Shown piece by piece: positions 39,255 through 51,919 of a DNA stretch of 64,000 nt. The notes under the pieces are model-generated. The model was not told the DNA's origin, made no database searches, and saw nothing but the letters and a program-made list of their open reading frames with translations. The first letter of the stretch is position 1, and each line of letters begins with the position of its first letter. Both the position numbers and the translations under genes were made by a program. This DNA is from Octopus sinensis (Eukaryota): contig NC_043015.1 in NCBI RefSeq assembly GCF_006345805.1, positions 39,122,001 to 39,186,000 of the forward strand. Reading direction: 5' to 3'.

Positions 39255-39412
39255 CATATCATAACAGTTGTAAAGATAGGCGTTCCTCAACCACATGGTT
39301 CCGAGTTCAGTCCAACGGCTAGGCATCTTGGGCAAATGTCTTCAATGAAATCCTCGGTTTTGTCAATGGATTTCGTAGACGGAAATTGAAAGTGCTCTCC
39401 TTTCGTGTGTGC
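39255..39412 (+). mobile_element. SINE family B degenerate 5' half
   Basis: CAACCACATGGTTCCGAGTTCAGTCC..CTTGGGCAAATGTCTTC..GTAGACGGAAA. Confidence 0.7.
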
Positions 39413-39425
39413 GTAATATATATAG

Positions 39426-39512
<87 letters not shown>

Positions 39513-39713
39513 AGACTACAAGAATGACCAAATATAAACACCATTGGAACTCACACATAAGGTACAGGAAACTTATATATACACCATTTGGTTAAATAAT
39601 GGAGCTGCAAATAGAATATCCTCACGTATCTCAATTCTATTTTCATTCCTTCACTTTCTTCTGTATTTCATATCTTCTCTACAATAATTACTACTTAAAC
39701 ATTTTCTCGCACC

Positions 39714-39761
39714 GTCTCTGATGAAGGGATATTTAAGATATCCCGGAAACAGCTGTAAGAC
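39714..39761 (+). ncRNA. Solo minimal type I hammerhead ribozyme (Penelope pLTR-type)
   Basis: GTCT-CTGATGA-A-GGGATAT-ttaag-ATATCCC-G-GAAAC-AGCT-GTA^AGAC. All three stems are present, with an A.G mismatch at the base of stem II. Confidence 0.75.
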
Positions 39762-40218
39762 TTTCTTTTTATAAATGTTCTGAAAATTATTCACAGCCTT
39801 GGATTTTTTTTTATCTCACTCTGTAAATTATATATATTATATATATATCTATATATATATAATATAATATATAATACAAAATGGGACAGAAGGCAAAACA
39901 TCCAGATAGTTAGTAGGGTTCAAAATTCCCAACAGCTGTTTCGGTAGTATTTTACTGATACTTTCTTAGATCACATCATGGCAAAACTCCGCCATCATCA
40001 GATAAATATTAAGCGCGACACTTTGTACTAAGCCATTCCTGACGTCCTACATGATGTACCTAGACTCTAATGAATTTTGTAACTCTATCTCCCTCTCTCA
40101 CGCACACACAGAGAAAACAATAACAAAGTTTGAGATTAATTAAACCAATTACTTTGTTATCGATATTTCCAGTCTTTCGGTTGACCTTTCTTAAACACAC
40201 ACACACACACAAACACAA

Positions 40219-40279
<61 letters not shown>

Positions 40280-40726
40280 GTGAATGTTAGGGCATTATTT
40301 GTTGCGACTCGCTGCGTCATGAGTTCTAATCCCGCTTAGGTAAAATTTACCTCTAATCCTTTTGGAATAAAAAAAATAATAAATAAATAAAGCAAATACT
40401 AATTCATGGTGGTGGCGGCGACGGGAATGGTGGTGATGGTGGTGGATTGATGGAAGTGATACTGTGAGACTAGATACCTTGTGGTTTTTGTTTCGGTTTT
40501 ACGTAAGTAAAGTCGTTAATGGCGAAACCGGTCTACGATTTATTCTTTATTTTTTATATCTTCATTTGTCTTACCCGCTTATGTTCTGGTGTTTTGCTGA
40601 AATTTTCGGGAGAACATTCTTTTCTTTGTGGTTAGATCGTAGGTGATCTATTTCTAGCATATTGGATGTCCACTTTGTGGTCATCCCTTCTTATACGCAT
40701 ATATATATATATACATACATACATAC

Positions 40727-40765
<39 letters not shown>

Positions 40766-40778
40766 CATACATACATAA

Positions 40779-40925
40779 CGACGGGCTTCTTTCAGTATCG
40801 GTCTACCAAGCCCACTTGCAGAGCTTTGGTCGGCCCGAGGTTACAGTAGAAGACACTTACCTAAGGTGCCGCGTAGTGGTACTGAACCCGGAACCATGTG
40901 ATTGGGAAACAAGCCTCTTTTCACG
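40779..40925 (-). mobile_element. SINE family B 5' half
   Basis: ACGACGGGCTTCTTTCAGT..GGTCGGCCCGAGG..GAACCCGGAACCATGTG. Confidence 0.8.
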
Positions 40926-42290
40926 AGAACTTCTTTTCCTTTTTTCTCTCATGCTGTGTATGTATGGTGGTGTAATGTGCTGTTATATATATATATATGT
41001 ATGTGTATATATATTATTATATATATATATATCTATATATATATATATATATTATACGTGTGTATGTGTACACACGCGCGCAGACACGCACACATATAGT
41101 GGGGAAAGTGTGAGAGAGATGGAGACTTCTAAATAATTAGATGTGTACATAAAAAATATGTTGTCAGTCCAGATTAGGAAAATACGTCCATGTATATCCA
41201 TATTTTTGTATATCTCAATCGTCCGCCATACATAAAGATGATTGAATCAAAGAACCGAGGAATAAACTTCTTTCGGAAGCGATGTCTCGGCGACGGGGGT
41301 TGCGAGCAGGAAAGTAATACATCAATCTAAGCAGAACAGTTTACAACAATGATAAATTACAAAATAAATTTTCTAATTAATCTCAACCAATTTCTGCCGG
41401 TCTAATTCATTAAACAACGAGAAAAAATTCTTTCGCTGTTCACATCAAGGTCCTGACACTGACCAATATTCAAAGTTCAGCTGACGAGATTTATTTGCTC
41501 TGCCAATGTTAATCCGCCATCTGTCTTGCCACTTGGGCTGACAACTCGTTGTTTGTGCTTCGCTTTTGTCAATCCTTTTATCAATAGCATGACGTATTTT
41601 GTTCGAAGCCTGACCAGTTCTCCAGCGCCAGTTAATTACTTCATACTTAGTCGATTACCGCGATACACTGACGAGTAGCGAAACATTTAAAGAAAACCAA
41701 AGAACAACAAAAACAGCAATAACTTGACTGATTGAACATTGGCGAAAACCAAACGAAAACCTTCGGTGGGAGGCGGGAAGAAATAAGGGAATGGCAGAAA
41801 AGAAATCCCTGTAATAAAAAAGAATTTAAGAATAATTGAGCGAGATAGAAGACAGAGTAAATTAACATTTCAAACGAAATCTTTACAATAAACTACCGTA
41901 GATGTCATTGATTATCGCCCTTGTCATTACTCGCTATTACTGAAGAACAGTTTAGGTGGAAGGCAAGTAAGATGGCTACGAAGAAGCTGAAGTCGAACGA
42001 AGAACAGGGAATCAAAGCATAAGGACTATAATAGCGAGGGAGGCCGCATGAAAGAGTGTCTTGTCTGAGAGGAGTGATAGACTGTCCGGCTGTAAATGAT
42101 TTCCCTGCGAGACAGATTCTGTGAGACGTGTTAAAAAAGGGGGAAGCTAAACAGTTAAGATGAAAAATCGCAGAAGCTGTCAGCGGGTTTGGTGTGAATG
42201 CTTCATTAGGGCGGTGTTTGTGGTCACAGATATGGCTTTATGATGTTCGGCTGTCTTTAAAATAAGCGTAATATCATAGAATTAAGAGGA

Positions 42291-42352
<62 letters not shown>

Positions 42353-42429
42353 CGATGATGATAATGATGATGATGGTGGTGGTGGTGGTGGTGATAATAA
42401 TAATAATAATAATAATGATAATAATAATT

Positions 42430-42655
42430 TATTTCTTTATTGCCCACAAGGGGCTAAACATAGAGGAGCCAAACAAAGACAGACAAAGTGATTAAGTCGA
42501 ATGCATCGACCCCAGTGCGTAACTGGTACTTTATTTATCGACCCCGAAAGGATGAAAGGCTAAGTCGACCTCGGCGGAATTTGAACTCAGAAACGTAACG
42601 GCAGACGAAATACCGCTAAGCATTTCGCCCAGCGCGCTAACGTTTCTGCCAGCTG
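42430..42655 (-). mobile_element. SINE family A copy
   Basis: Reverse complement of the 27960 element. Confidence 0.85.
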
Positions 42656-42756
42656 CTGCTGCTGATGATAATGATGATGATGATGATGGTGGTGGTGATA
42701 ATAATAATAATAATGCATTTTCCAAGGTAGCTCACTTTCACCTTTAATTTTCTGCA

Positions 42757-42903
42757 TAGCCCTAAGCTCAGAAAATATAAAGATTTGCTAATCGAAATCG
42801 AAAAGATGTGGCATCTGAAGACGGTTACAATAGCAACGGTTGTAGGAGCGTTTAGAATGACCAAAAAAAGGAACTGAAAATTATTTAAGAATGATCCCTG
42901 GCT
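42757..42903 (+). mobile_element. C-terminal fragment of a restriction-like-endonuclease LINE
   Basis: KYKDLLIEIEKMWHLKTVTIATVVGA resembles the K..KY.DL..EI.RMW......PIVVGALG motif of RLE non-LTR elements. Confidence 0.55.
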
Positions 42904-42905
42904 TA

Positions 42906-43065
42906 TAATATGTGACAATTATTCGGTAGCCATGATAAAACTCCGAGTTTCGGATGCCGAGGGTGGAAACTCACGCTGCCATCCGCATCAGTTATCCGGC
43001 CATTTCCACCTCGGCATCCGAAACTCGGAGTTTTATCATGGCTACCGAATAATTGTCACATATTA
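42906..43065. mobile_element. Fold-back (inverted) Penelope pLTR-like relic with degenerate hammerhead on -
   Basis: Arms 42906-42969 and 43003-43065 are near-perfect inverted repeats. The - strand 42996-42934 reads GATAA-CTGATGC-GGATG..CATCC-GAAAC-TCGGA-GTT^TTATC. Confidence 0.6.
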
Positions 43066-44284
43066 CATTTACAGATATATATATATATAATTATATATAT
43101 ATATATTATATATATATATATATATATTATATATTATATTAAGAAAATTATTGAAAATAACAACAGATCAATATCATTTATTTTTCAAACTGGAACAATT
43201 TTAAACAGCATTAAATAAAAACAGCCACCTGTGTATCATACTTAACGTTATATACACATTTGAAAGATAATGTTTGAGAGAAAATTTCTTCATAGACTTA
43301 TTAAAAGAAAACAATATATATCGAATACATAGTAAATGTGTAAATAAGTCTTCTATTAAGGCAGGGATCTCAAAAAATCAATCCAGTCATAAATAATAGT
43401 TTAATATACACAGCTTTAAAACTCCCTTGGAAAGGAAAAAAGATGGAAAGCTACTTGGAGGATTCGAACCACGCATCTACTGTGACCAATCCCGCAGTGA
43501 GATGGAGGAGAATTCCACGGGTTGACTAGCATCTCTGCTGTTGGTTAAATATTAATTCACAGACATTAGTTCACTTGAGAGAAAACTAAATAATTAAACT
43601 TATATAGAGGGAAAAAAAGACATTTATATTTCTTATTTTGACAGTAAAATTCCTTCAGAGTACACTTGGTGTTATCGGTAGCACGATTGCTTGGTAAGTG
43701 ATAAATTCTTGGTTCGATTCCTGTAAAACCATCCTTTCTTTTAACCAATATTATGCCGTTTTACAAACACACAGACACACACACAGACGATTTCTGGGGG
43801 CATAAGCCAGAGCATTCAATGCTAAAAATCGAAAGCATATAATTGAGACAGGGTACATACAACTTTCTGTCCGTCTCTCACTCTCTCTCTCTTTCTCTCC
43901 CTCTCTTTCTCTCAAAAAACAAAAAGAAAGAAAAGAAACAACGAAAACATTTCATTTGTTGTTTGCATTCATTTATGTTGAAGCAAGCATGGCGTGTCTG
44001 GCATTCATGCAGGAAACACCGCTACGTGTGTGTGTACGTGTCTCTGTGTATACATACGCAATCCTTTTTATATGCACACACACACACACACACGTCTGTA
44101 TACGTATGTCTGTGTGTGGAAGTAAGTGTATTGACATCCGAGTCTACAAATAAATCTGTGAAGCGAATAATTTTAAACACCATTACTGAATTAATGTGAT
44201 AATCCAAATGATAATACGCATTGTACGCTACTTCTGATAATAATCCTTCCTACTACAGACACAAGGTTTGAAATTGTGTGTGGA

Positions 44285-44402
44285 GGGAATAGTCGATAAC
44301 ATCGACCCCAGTACTCAACTGGTACTTATTTCATCGGCCCCGAAACGATGAAAGGCAAAAATCGACCGCGGCGGAACTTAGAAGGTAAAATGCTGCTAAG
44401 CA
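44285..44402 (-). mobile_element. SINE family A partial copy
   Basis: ATCGACCCCAGTACTCAACTGGTACTTAT..GAAAGGCAAAAATCGACCGCGGCGGAA. Confidence 0.7.
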
Positions 44403-44993
44403 TGATTTATTATTACGCTAAGAAGCAGTGCATGGTACCAGAATCTTCGACTCCACTCAAATATAACAGACTCCTTCACATCGTTGTTAGAATATCCGTA
44501 TAAATGGCGTTAAGAACGTCTAGTTTGTAATGGCATCGAACCCGCATACGTTTTAATAATGAAGTTAAACCGACTAGTGAAGTCGTTTAATACGTGTGTT
44601 TCAGATTTGCGTAATAGGTAACAGAAAATGCATCCATTACGTAAACCTTCCTCAGTCAAAGGATTTTCAAATATGAAAGAATTGATGGAAATATATATAT
44701 TGAAATATTTCCATCAATTCTTTCATATTTCTAGCAAAAACTGTCCGACGAACGGCAACGTGAAACTCAGAGTAACAGGTTTTGTGGAATTTTCTGCTGC
44801 TTTAAATAAAGCATATTACTCTACCACTGGTATTTGAGTACTCATTTTTTTCCACTTGTTTCACATTTATGTGTTTACTCTCCGGTATATTATATATATA
44901 TAATATATAGATATATATATATAAGTATATATATATATATATATATTGATAAAAACAGGAGACCCTCGATTTATGTAAATAGAGGAATTTATT

Positions 44994-45225
44994 TGTAAAT
45001 GTAATATGTGACAATTATTCGGTAGCCAAGATAAAACTCCGAGTTTCGGATGCCGAGGTGGAAATCCACCGGGCATCGGAAAAACGCTATGATAACGGAA
45101 TTTTTCATAGCGTTTTTTCCGATGGCCGGATAACTGAAGAGATGGTGGCGTGGATTTCCACCTCGGCATCCGAAGCTCAGATTTTTGTCTTGGCTACCGA
45201 ATAATTGTCACATATTACATTTACA
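44994..45225. mobile_element. Second copy of the same fold-back relic, with nested hairpin and degenerate hammerhead on +
   Basis: Same arm sequence (TAATATGTGACAATTATTCGGTAGCCA..) as 42906. Nested hairpin CATCGGAAAAACGCTATGA/TCATAGCGTTTTTTCCGATG. The + strand has GATAA-CTGAAGA-GATG..CATCC-GAAGC. Confidence 0.6.
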
Positions 45226-45254
45226 GATATATATATATATGTACACACAACACA

Positions 45255-45307
<53 letters not shown>

Positions 45308-45318
45308 ATATATAGAGG

Positions 45319-45355
<37 letters not shown>

Positions 45356-45641
45356 TGTGTGTGTGTGTGTACATATATATACATATGCATTCATAAATAC
45401 ATATGTATATATTATATATTATATATTTGTGTGTGGTGGTGTGATGTATTGTATGTCTCCCTCTATACATACTTATCCCGCTAACTTAATAGCCAACTCT
45501 AGCCACACATATATATTGAAATATTTCTATCAACGTACGTATTTGTAAATAATATATCAGGAATAGAAAATTAAATTATATACATACATCCACACACACA
45601 CATCTTAGCATATGTGTGTGTGTGTGTATTATATGTCTGTC

Positions 45642-45676
<35 letters not shown>

Positions 45677-45913
45677 ATGTTTTTGCATATATGTGTGTAT
45701 GCGTTTGTATGAATTAGGCAAAAATATGAATATCCACTTAAGATACATACGTTGACACACAAATATAATTACACATGAATACTACATACGTTTACACACA
45801 CACACACACACACAGAGGCAGAGAGATTGTTGGAAGTGTCATTTATATATATATGCAGATGCATACATATGCATGTGTATGTGCGTGCGTGTATATATAA
45901 TATATATATATAT

Positions 45914-45987
<74 letters not shown>

Positions 45988-46467
45988 CAAGTGTGTGTGT
46001 GTGTGTATGTATGCGTGTATAAATCATAGATCTGCGTTAAAATATTCGTTTATATATGCATTCGTACATACATACAATATATATAATATAATATATATTA
46101 TATATAATATATATATATATATATATATGTTTTTATTGTATTTTTAAAGCATCTATCTATAGCAATACAAACAATGTAGACATTTAGACAGCATGGAAAT
46201 ATATATACATACATACATATATATATATATTATACACCCACGCCCACCCACTCATGCACATGTGTACTGTTGTATCAACATCCCCCACCCCCATTTTATG
46301 TATCTAGTCGAGTTATGTGCACTGTATGGTATTCATGCATCTATTTAGATAAGCATGTAGATGCCTGCACCCCCTCTCTCGTTCTCTCTCTCTCTATGTA
46401 TATATATATATACGTATATATATATATATATATACGTATATATATATATATATATACATATACATTC

Positions 46468-46498
<31 letters not shown>

Positions 46499-46504
46499 AT
46501 ATGT

Positions 46505-46578
<74 letters not shown>

Positions 46579-48304
46579 GTATATAATATATATAAACGTA
46601 GACAAAACTAACGTGATGAAGTGATGAAGTGGATGTTGCAATTTGGTTTTGAAGAAGATTGATTAGATTAAATCAAAGTTATATTTTCTGATAATTCAAA
46701 GTTCAAATTGGAAAAGGGAAGTCAGAGCAAGTTGTGACGCTACGAAAATAAACAAGAGCTTTAATCAGCTCCGAAAATGTACTGTTTATTTCGCTTGATT
46801 GATTGTTATGGTGGAATCTTGCTTGAATTCTTGACTGGCAACTATCTTGTCGTTTGGTCTGACGTCCAATAAACACAAAGTTAAAGGTCAGGTGTTTCGC
46901 AAGAGTAGCAAGTTTTTCGAGAGAGAGAGAAGGCTGCTGGCCCACACCAGTTCGAAGCAGAGGCATGGTAAATATTTGAATCCGGTAATAAATCATATCA
47001 ACTCTATACAATGCCACAGCGACCAGTCTGATCCGTCAACATTGGTGTAAATAATCGTTTATTAAGGTCTGGCTTGTACCATTTATTTAGACTAATTGAA
47101 AGCCAAAACTATCCACATTGATCTAACCAAAGTCAATAGAACAAGAAAACAAAGCTAATTTGGAAGAGAGAAGAAGGGGAAAGAGTGTAAATGTGAGATA
47201 ATAAAGCAAACAAACGAACATTTTCTATTTCTTTTCATAGCTCTTTCTCTCTCCTCCCATCTCTCTCTTCTTTTTTTGTCCCGGGAATATTGTTAGTACA
47301 GTGAGAGAAATCATTTGCATGGGGCTGTGTTTGAATTTTTCGTTGTTTTGGCATAATTTTTCTGAATGTAGACGTAAATCGGCGTCATCTTTCTGAATAT
47401 AGACAGCAAATTTCTTATCTTATTTGGATGAACCTAAGACGCCAGTGAAATATATTTGTTGAGATGTATCGTCTGACTCAGGTTGGTTGAATAATGAGAG
47501 CGAAGTTAGATAGCGAGGGTAGAAGAGAGAAAAAATCGGAGAACATGGCCGCTCTTAACTGTCAAAGTTATACGATTATTTTTTTTTAATTCAAGCAAGA
47601 TAAATTGTCTTTTTTCTTAAATAAACATGGAATAGATTGCATTAATAAAGGCAAACAATATTGCCAAAGGTTATAGTCACTCTAATTTCTTGTGATGTCA
47701 CCTTCATATTTATGTATCTATGTATGTATATATGTATGTATATGTGAGCGAGAGGGAGAGCCATGCATTCACACATGCATATGTATGCGCACGCTCATGT
47801 GTGTGTGTGTGTGTGTGTGTGCAATAAATATATTTGATATTTATTTGGATAAGAATTGGAGGGAACATTTATTATGTTGTTGTTGTTGTATTTGGTGACG
47901 GTGTATTTTCCATAAATATATATTTAAATATTTTTGTCATTCCAAGATGAAGGTCCACTCAACCAGTTTTCATTTACTTACATAACCATCGCTTGATATA
48001 TTTAATTCCATATGTCTAGGTTAATTATATCAAATATCTCACTGATGAACGAGGGTTTCTTCCTAATATATCTTTAAAAAAGGACATCGTCATCGTTGAC
48101 GTCGTGGCCATAAACTTCACCACCGCCACCGCCACCACCACCACTACCACCACTACCATCGCCATCACCACCGCCGCTGCTCTCGCCACCACAGTTGCTA
48201 TTATCAATGTTTTACAACTGTTAAGTTTTTCTTTCATTCTCACTGACTGTGTTTCGTGTCTCGGTTAGGAAGGGGCTAAGAAAAGGGGCCAATGCGGTGA
48301 CCTT

Positions 48305-48578
48305 CCCTCATTAACTCAAACAATAAAATTAGTCCTTTTTTTATCCAACTCTCAGTAACAGAGAGACCGCTGTTATTTGAAACCGGAACGTTTCTCTTAC
48401 TGCCTGGCCACCCACGTGGTCCCATTCTTCATGGAAGATCCCTCATTAACTCAAACAATAAAAATAGTTTTTTTTTTTCCACTCTAAGTAACAGAGAGAC
48501 TGTTGCTATTTGAAACCGCGAAATCTCTCTTACTGCCTGGCCACCCACTCAGTTCTGGTCCCATTCTTCATGGAAGAT
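48305..48578 (+). repeat. Two-copy ~135-bp tandem duplication
   Basis: CCCTCATTAACTCAAACAATAAAA..CCCATTCTTCATGGAAGAT at 48305 and 48440. Confidence 0.85.
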
Positions 48579-49332
48579 ATCATCCTAACTAGATGATATC
48601 ACTCCAGTCAGATATTTCTCTGACATATTATAGCCATTAGCTATTGACTAAACAAATATTGGTTACCAGAATATATCACCATGGCAGTATATCGTCGTCT
48701 AAAAAGACAATATTAGCAAGAAGATATCACCATGATATTTTATCATTTTAATGACATATCTCTGTGTCACTTTGTCAAACTAAAATATTATCTTTCTAAC
48801 CCACCACCTAATAATATATGGGCGAAACGATAAAGAAAAGCAAAGCAAGAAGAGAGGAAAAAAAGCGATTTCGCGTGAAAAATAGTTTATATATTTTTTA
48901 ACGAATCTATTAATTTGCCACAGAACTTTTCCGGAGATGAGTCAGGCATTTGAGAAACATATTTTTCTAATCACACCAAAATCAGCGTTAGAAACCGCAA
49001 ACATCTATGTTTCTCCGCCCCCATATTGGATTTTTACCCCCGCTATTTGTTGTGCGCATGCGCATTCTCTTTGAATAAATACATGCTTTATTCAAAGCAA
49101 AACTTGATATATAATTTCTGAAGTAGGCGTTTATTTCAGAATGTTTGCGAAGAATAACTCTTAGTTTGGTGTGATGGAATTACGAGAATTATATTTGGCT
49201 TAAAGTACAAGTCCCGAACATTTGTCTGGATTGAGACTTGGAAACAATTTAAATGTGGTCTTGCGTACGAAAATTACAGGCAAGATCTGTTTGGGATGAC
49301 CTATAAATGCTTTGACCCCCATCACTCTCTCA

Positions 49333-49413
<81 letters not shown>

Positions 49414-49422
49414 GTCTATCTG

Positions 49423-49455
<33 letters not shown>

Positions 49456-49635
49456 ACCTGTGGACTGAATCTTTGTTTCGCTTGACAGTTCATTCGACCA
49501 ATCTGGTGTTAATAATCTGTCAAACAAAATTTGAAGTCCCAGTCAACATGAATTTGAATTCAGTAAATGACTTGTTATTCTTAGACTCACTTTGAAATGA
49601 AAATCTCAATTTAGCAATATATATATATATATTAA

Positions 49636-49675
<40 letters not shown>

Positions 49676-49689
49676 GTGTGTGCTTTTAC

Positions 49690-49890
49690 CTTTTATTCTT
49701 TTACTTGTTTCAGTCATTTGACTGCGGCCTTGCTGGAGTACTGCCTTTAGTCGAACAAATCGACAACCAGGACTTATTCTTTGTAAGCCTAGTACTTATT
49801 CTATCGGTCTCTTTTTGTCTAACCGCTAAGTTACGGGGACGTAAACACGCCAACATCGGTTGTCAAGCGATGGTGGGGGGACAAACACAG
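49690..49890 (-). mobile_element. SINE family B 3' half
   Basis: Reverse complement of the 3' half of the 33873 element. Confidence 0.8.
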
Positions 49891-49916
49891 ACACACACAC
49901 AAATATATACATATAT

Positions 49917-49956
<40 letters not shown>

Positions 49957-49958
49957 CA

Positions 49959-50382
49959 AAATAAGCAACAAGGATATCCAGAGGTAATGCAGTACGATCG
50001 TTTCATGCAGCTCCATTTTATTGAACAATGTAACCATTTCATCAATTTAAATGCAAAGCAACCCTCAGCTTCAAAAAGACATAGAAATTAATTAAATCAA
50101 AACAGATGGACACATTAGTATAATTTTACTTAACATCTCCAAGAAGTTAGGGAGAAGACAAATAACATGCTGCCTTCACTTCAGCTTAGAAGCTTCTAAG
50201 CTGAAGCGAAGGCTGCATTATACTAGTGTGTCCATCTGTTTTAATTTAATTTAATTCTATATCCTTATGCAGCTGAAGATTGCTCTGCATTTAAATTGAT
50301 GAAATGGTTGCATTATTCAATTAAATGGAGTTGCATGAAACGATCGTACTGCATTACCTCTGGATATCCTTGTTGCTTATTT
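49959..50382. repeat. ~420-bp fold-back palindrome with a perfect 28-bp central palindrome
   Basis: 49959-50124 is the reverse complement of 50217-50382 with scattered mismatches; CTTCAGCTTAGAAG|CTTCTAAGCTGAAG at 50179-50206. Confidence 0.85.
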
Positions 50383-50468
50383 GAATTTTAATCACCTTAT
50401 TTTGAAATTGTATGGATAATACCGTGCTAAATTCTGGTGCCTCAACTTAAGTACCATATTCATCTGAT

Positions 50469-50499
<31 letters not shown>

Positions 50500-50501
50500 T
50501 A

Positions 50502-50655
50502 CGACGAGCTTCTTTCAGTTTCTTTCTACCAAACCCACTCATAAAGCTTTGGTCGGCCCGCAGTATGGTAGAAGACACTTGGCAAAGGTGCCACGCAGTG
50601 GGACTGAACTCGGAATCATGTGATTGGGATGCAAGCTTCTTACCACACATGCCTA
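50502..50655 (-). mobile_element. SINE family B 5' half
   Basis: ACGACGAGCTTCTTTCAGTT..GTGCCACGCAGTGGGACTGAACTCGG. Confidence 0.8.
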
Positions 50656-50976
50656 TACATACACACACACACACACACATTCTAGTTTCGGTTGAACCCA
50701 TTTATTGACGGCAGCTAATATTAATAAACCAATAAGTTTAGAATCAAGATTCCTTGAAAAGGTTGCAAGACGCAACGAAAATTTTAGGAAAATAAAAATA
50801 AGGAATAAGTGGCAATTTTACCGGTGAGTGTGTTATATTATAAGGCACAAAAAGAAAATGACTCTCTTCAGACACAACAGAATATGCTTCAACATACAAA
50901 CTCATATAAAGAATCTTGCAAACCAAATCCAAAAACGAAATTTAGAGTTAAAGGATTTCGCGAAATTAGGGGTGGC

Positions 50977-51038
50977 AGATTAATGTGAGGTGGGGTAGAT
51001 TAATGTGAGGTGGGGTAGATTAATGTGAGGTGGGGTAG
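50977..51038 (+). repeat. 20-bp tandem repeat x3 (AGATTAATGTGAGGTGGGGT)
   Basis: Three exact copies. Confidence 0.9.
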
Positions 51039-51440
51039 CATAACTCTGTGGCCCAAAATTAACAGACCCCCACCAGGTCTAAAGAACTCTTTAACATTTG
51101 GAACTGTTTTACCATTTAGTGGAATCAAATTTGGAACAGTTTGATTGGAGAGCGAACTCTTGAACCAAACATCCATGACTGTCTCTTTGTCTATGCCTCT
51201 CTCTCTCTCTCTAATATATATATACATATATATATACACAAATACACAAACATACATATATTTGTACATATTTGTACACATATCTATGCACATCTATACA
51301 TACATACATATATATATATATGTGTGTGTGTATGTGTGTATATATATATAGATAGATAGATATGTATATACGTATGTATATACATAGATATACATACGTG
51401 TATGCATATGCGTGTCCATATGTATGCGCATAGATATGTG

Positions 51441-51505
<65 letters not shown>

Positions 51506-51919
51506 ATATATATGATATACTCAAATACACACGTTTATCTTCTCACCCCCTCCCTGTCCGTTTTCCCCTGTATACATTCATATATTTACCCTCCACCGCC
51601 TCTCTTTTCCCTCTTCCCTTCACTCCTTTTCCCTGTCCCCCTCGCTACACTTTCTTTATTTCCCCCCCCTTTCTTTCCTCTCACACACAACTCTCTCTCT
51701 CTCCCTTCCCCACCTTCCCTCACACAATCACTGCAACCAGCGCCGTCGCCGCTGCCCCCAGAAGCTCCGCCATTACAGCTGCCGCCACAACCGCCTCCGC
51801 CGCCACCGTTCATACCACTTGAACCCGCCGCCCTAACACAGTTCCTGATGAATATTTAACCAATTAATCAAAGCTTTAGGGTGAAACTGTCAACAGATTT
51901 CTGGTTGTGAGTGGTTTGG

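Noticed and set aside
39925-39975. Minus-strand hammerhead in Shox sense orientation
   Set aside because: Only CCGAAAC-AGCT-GT remains; the 5' core is degraded (CTAAGAA) and helix I does not pair.
43662-43731. tRNA-Thr(GGT)-like sequence
   Set aside because: The anticodon arm can pair, but the T-arm and acceptor stem are broken; likely a decayed tRNA-derived SINE head.
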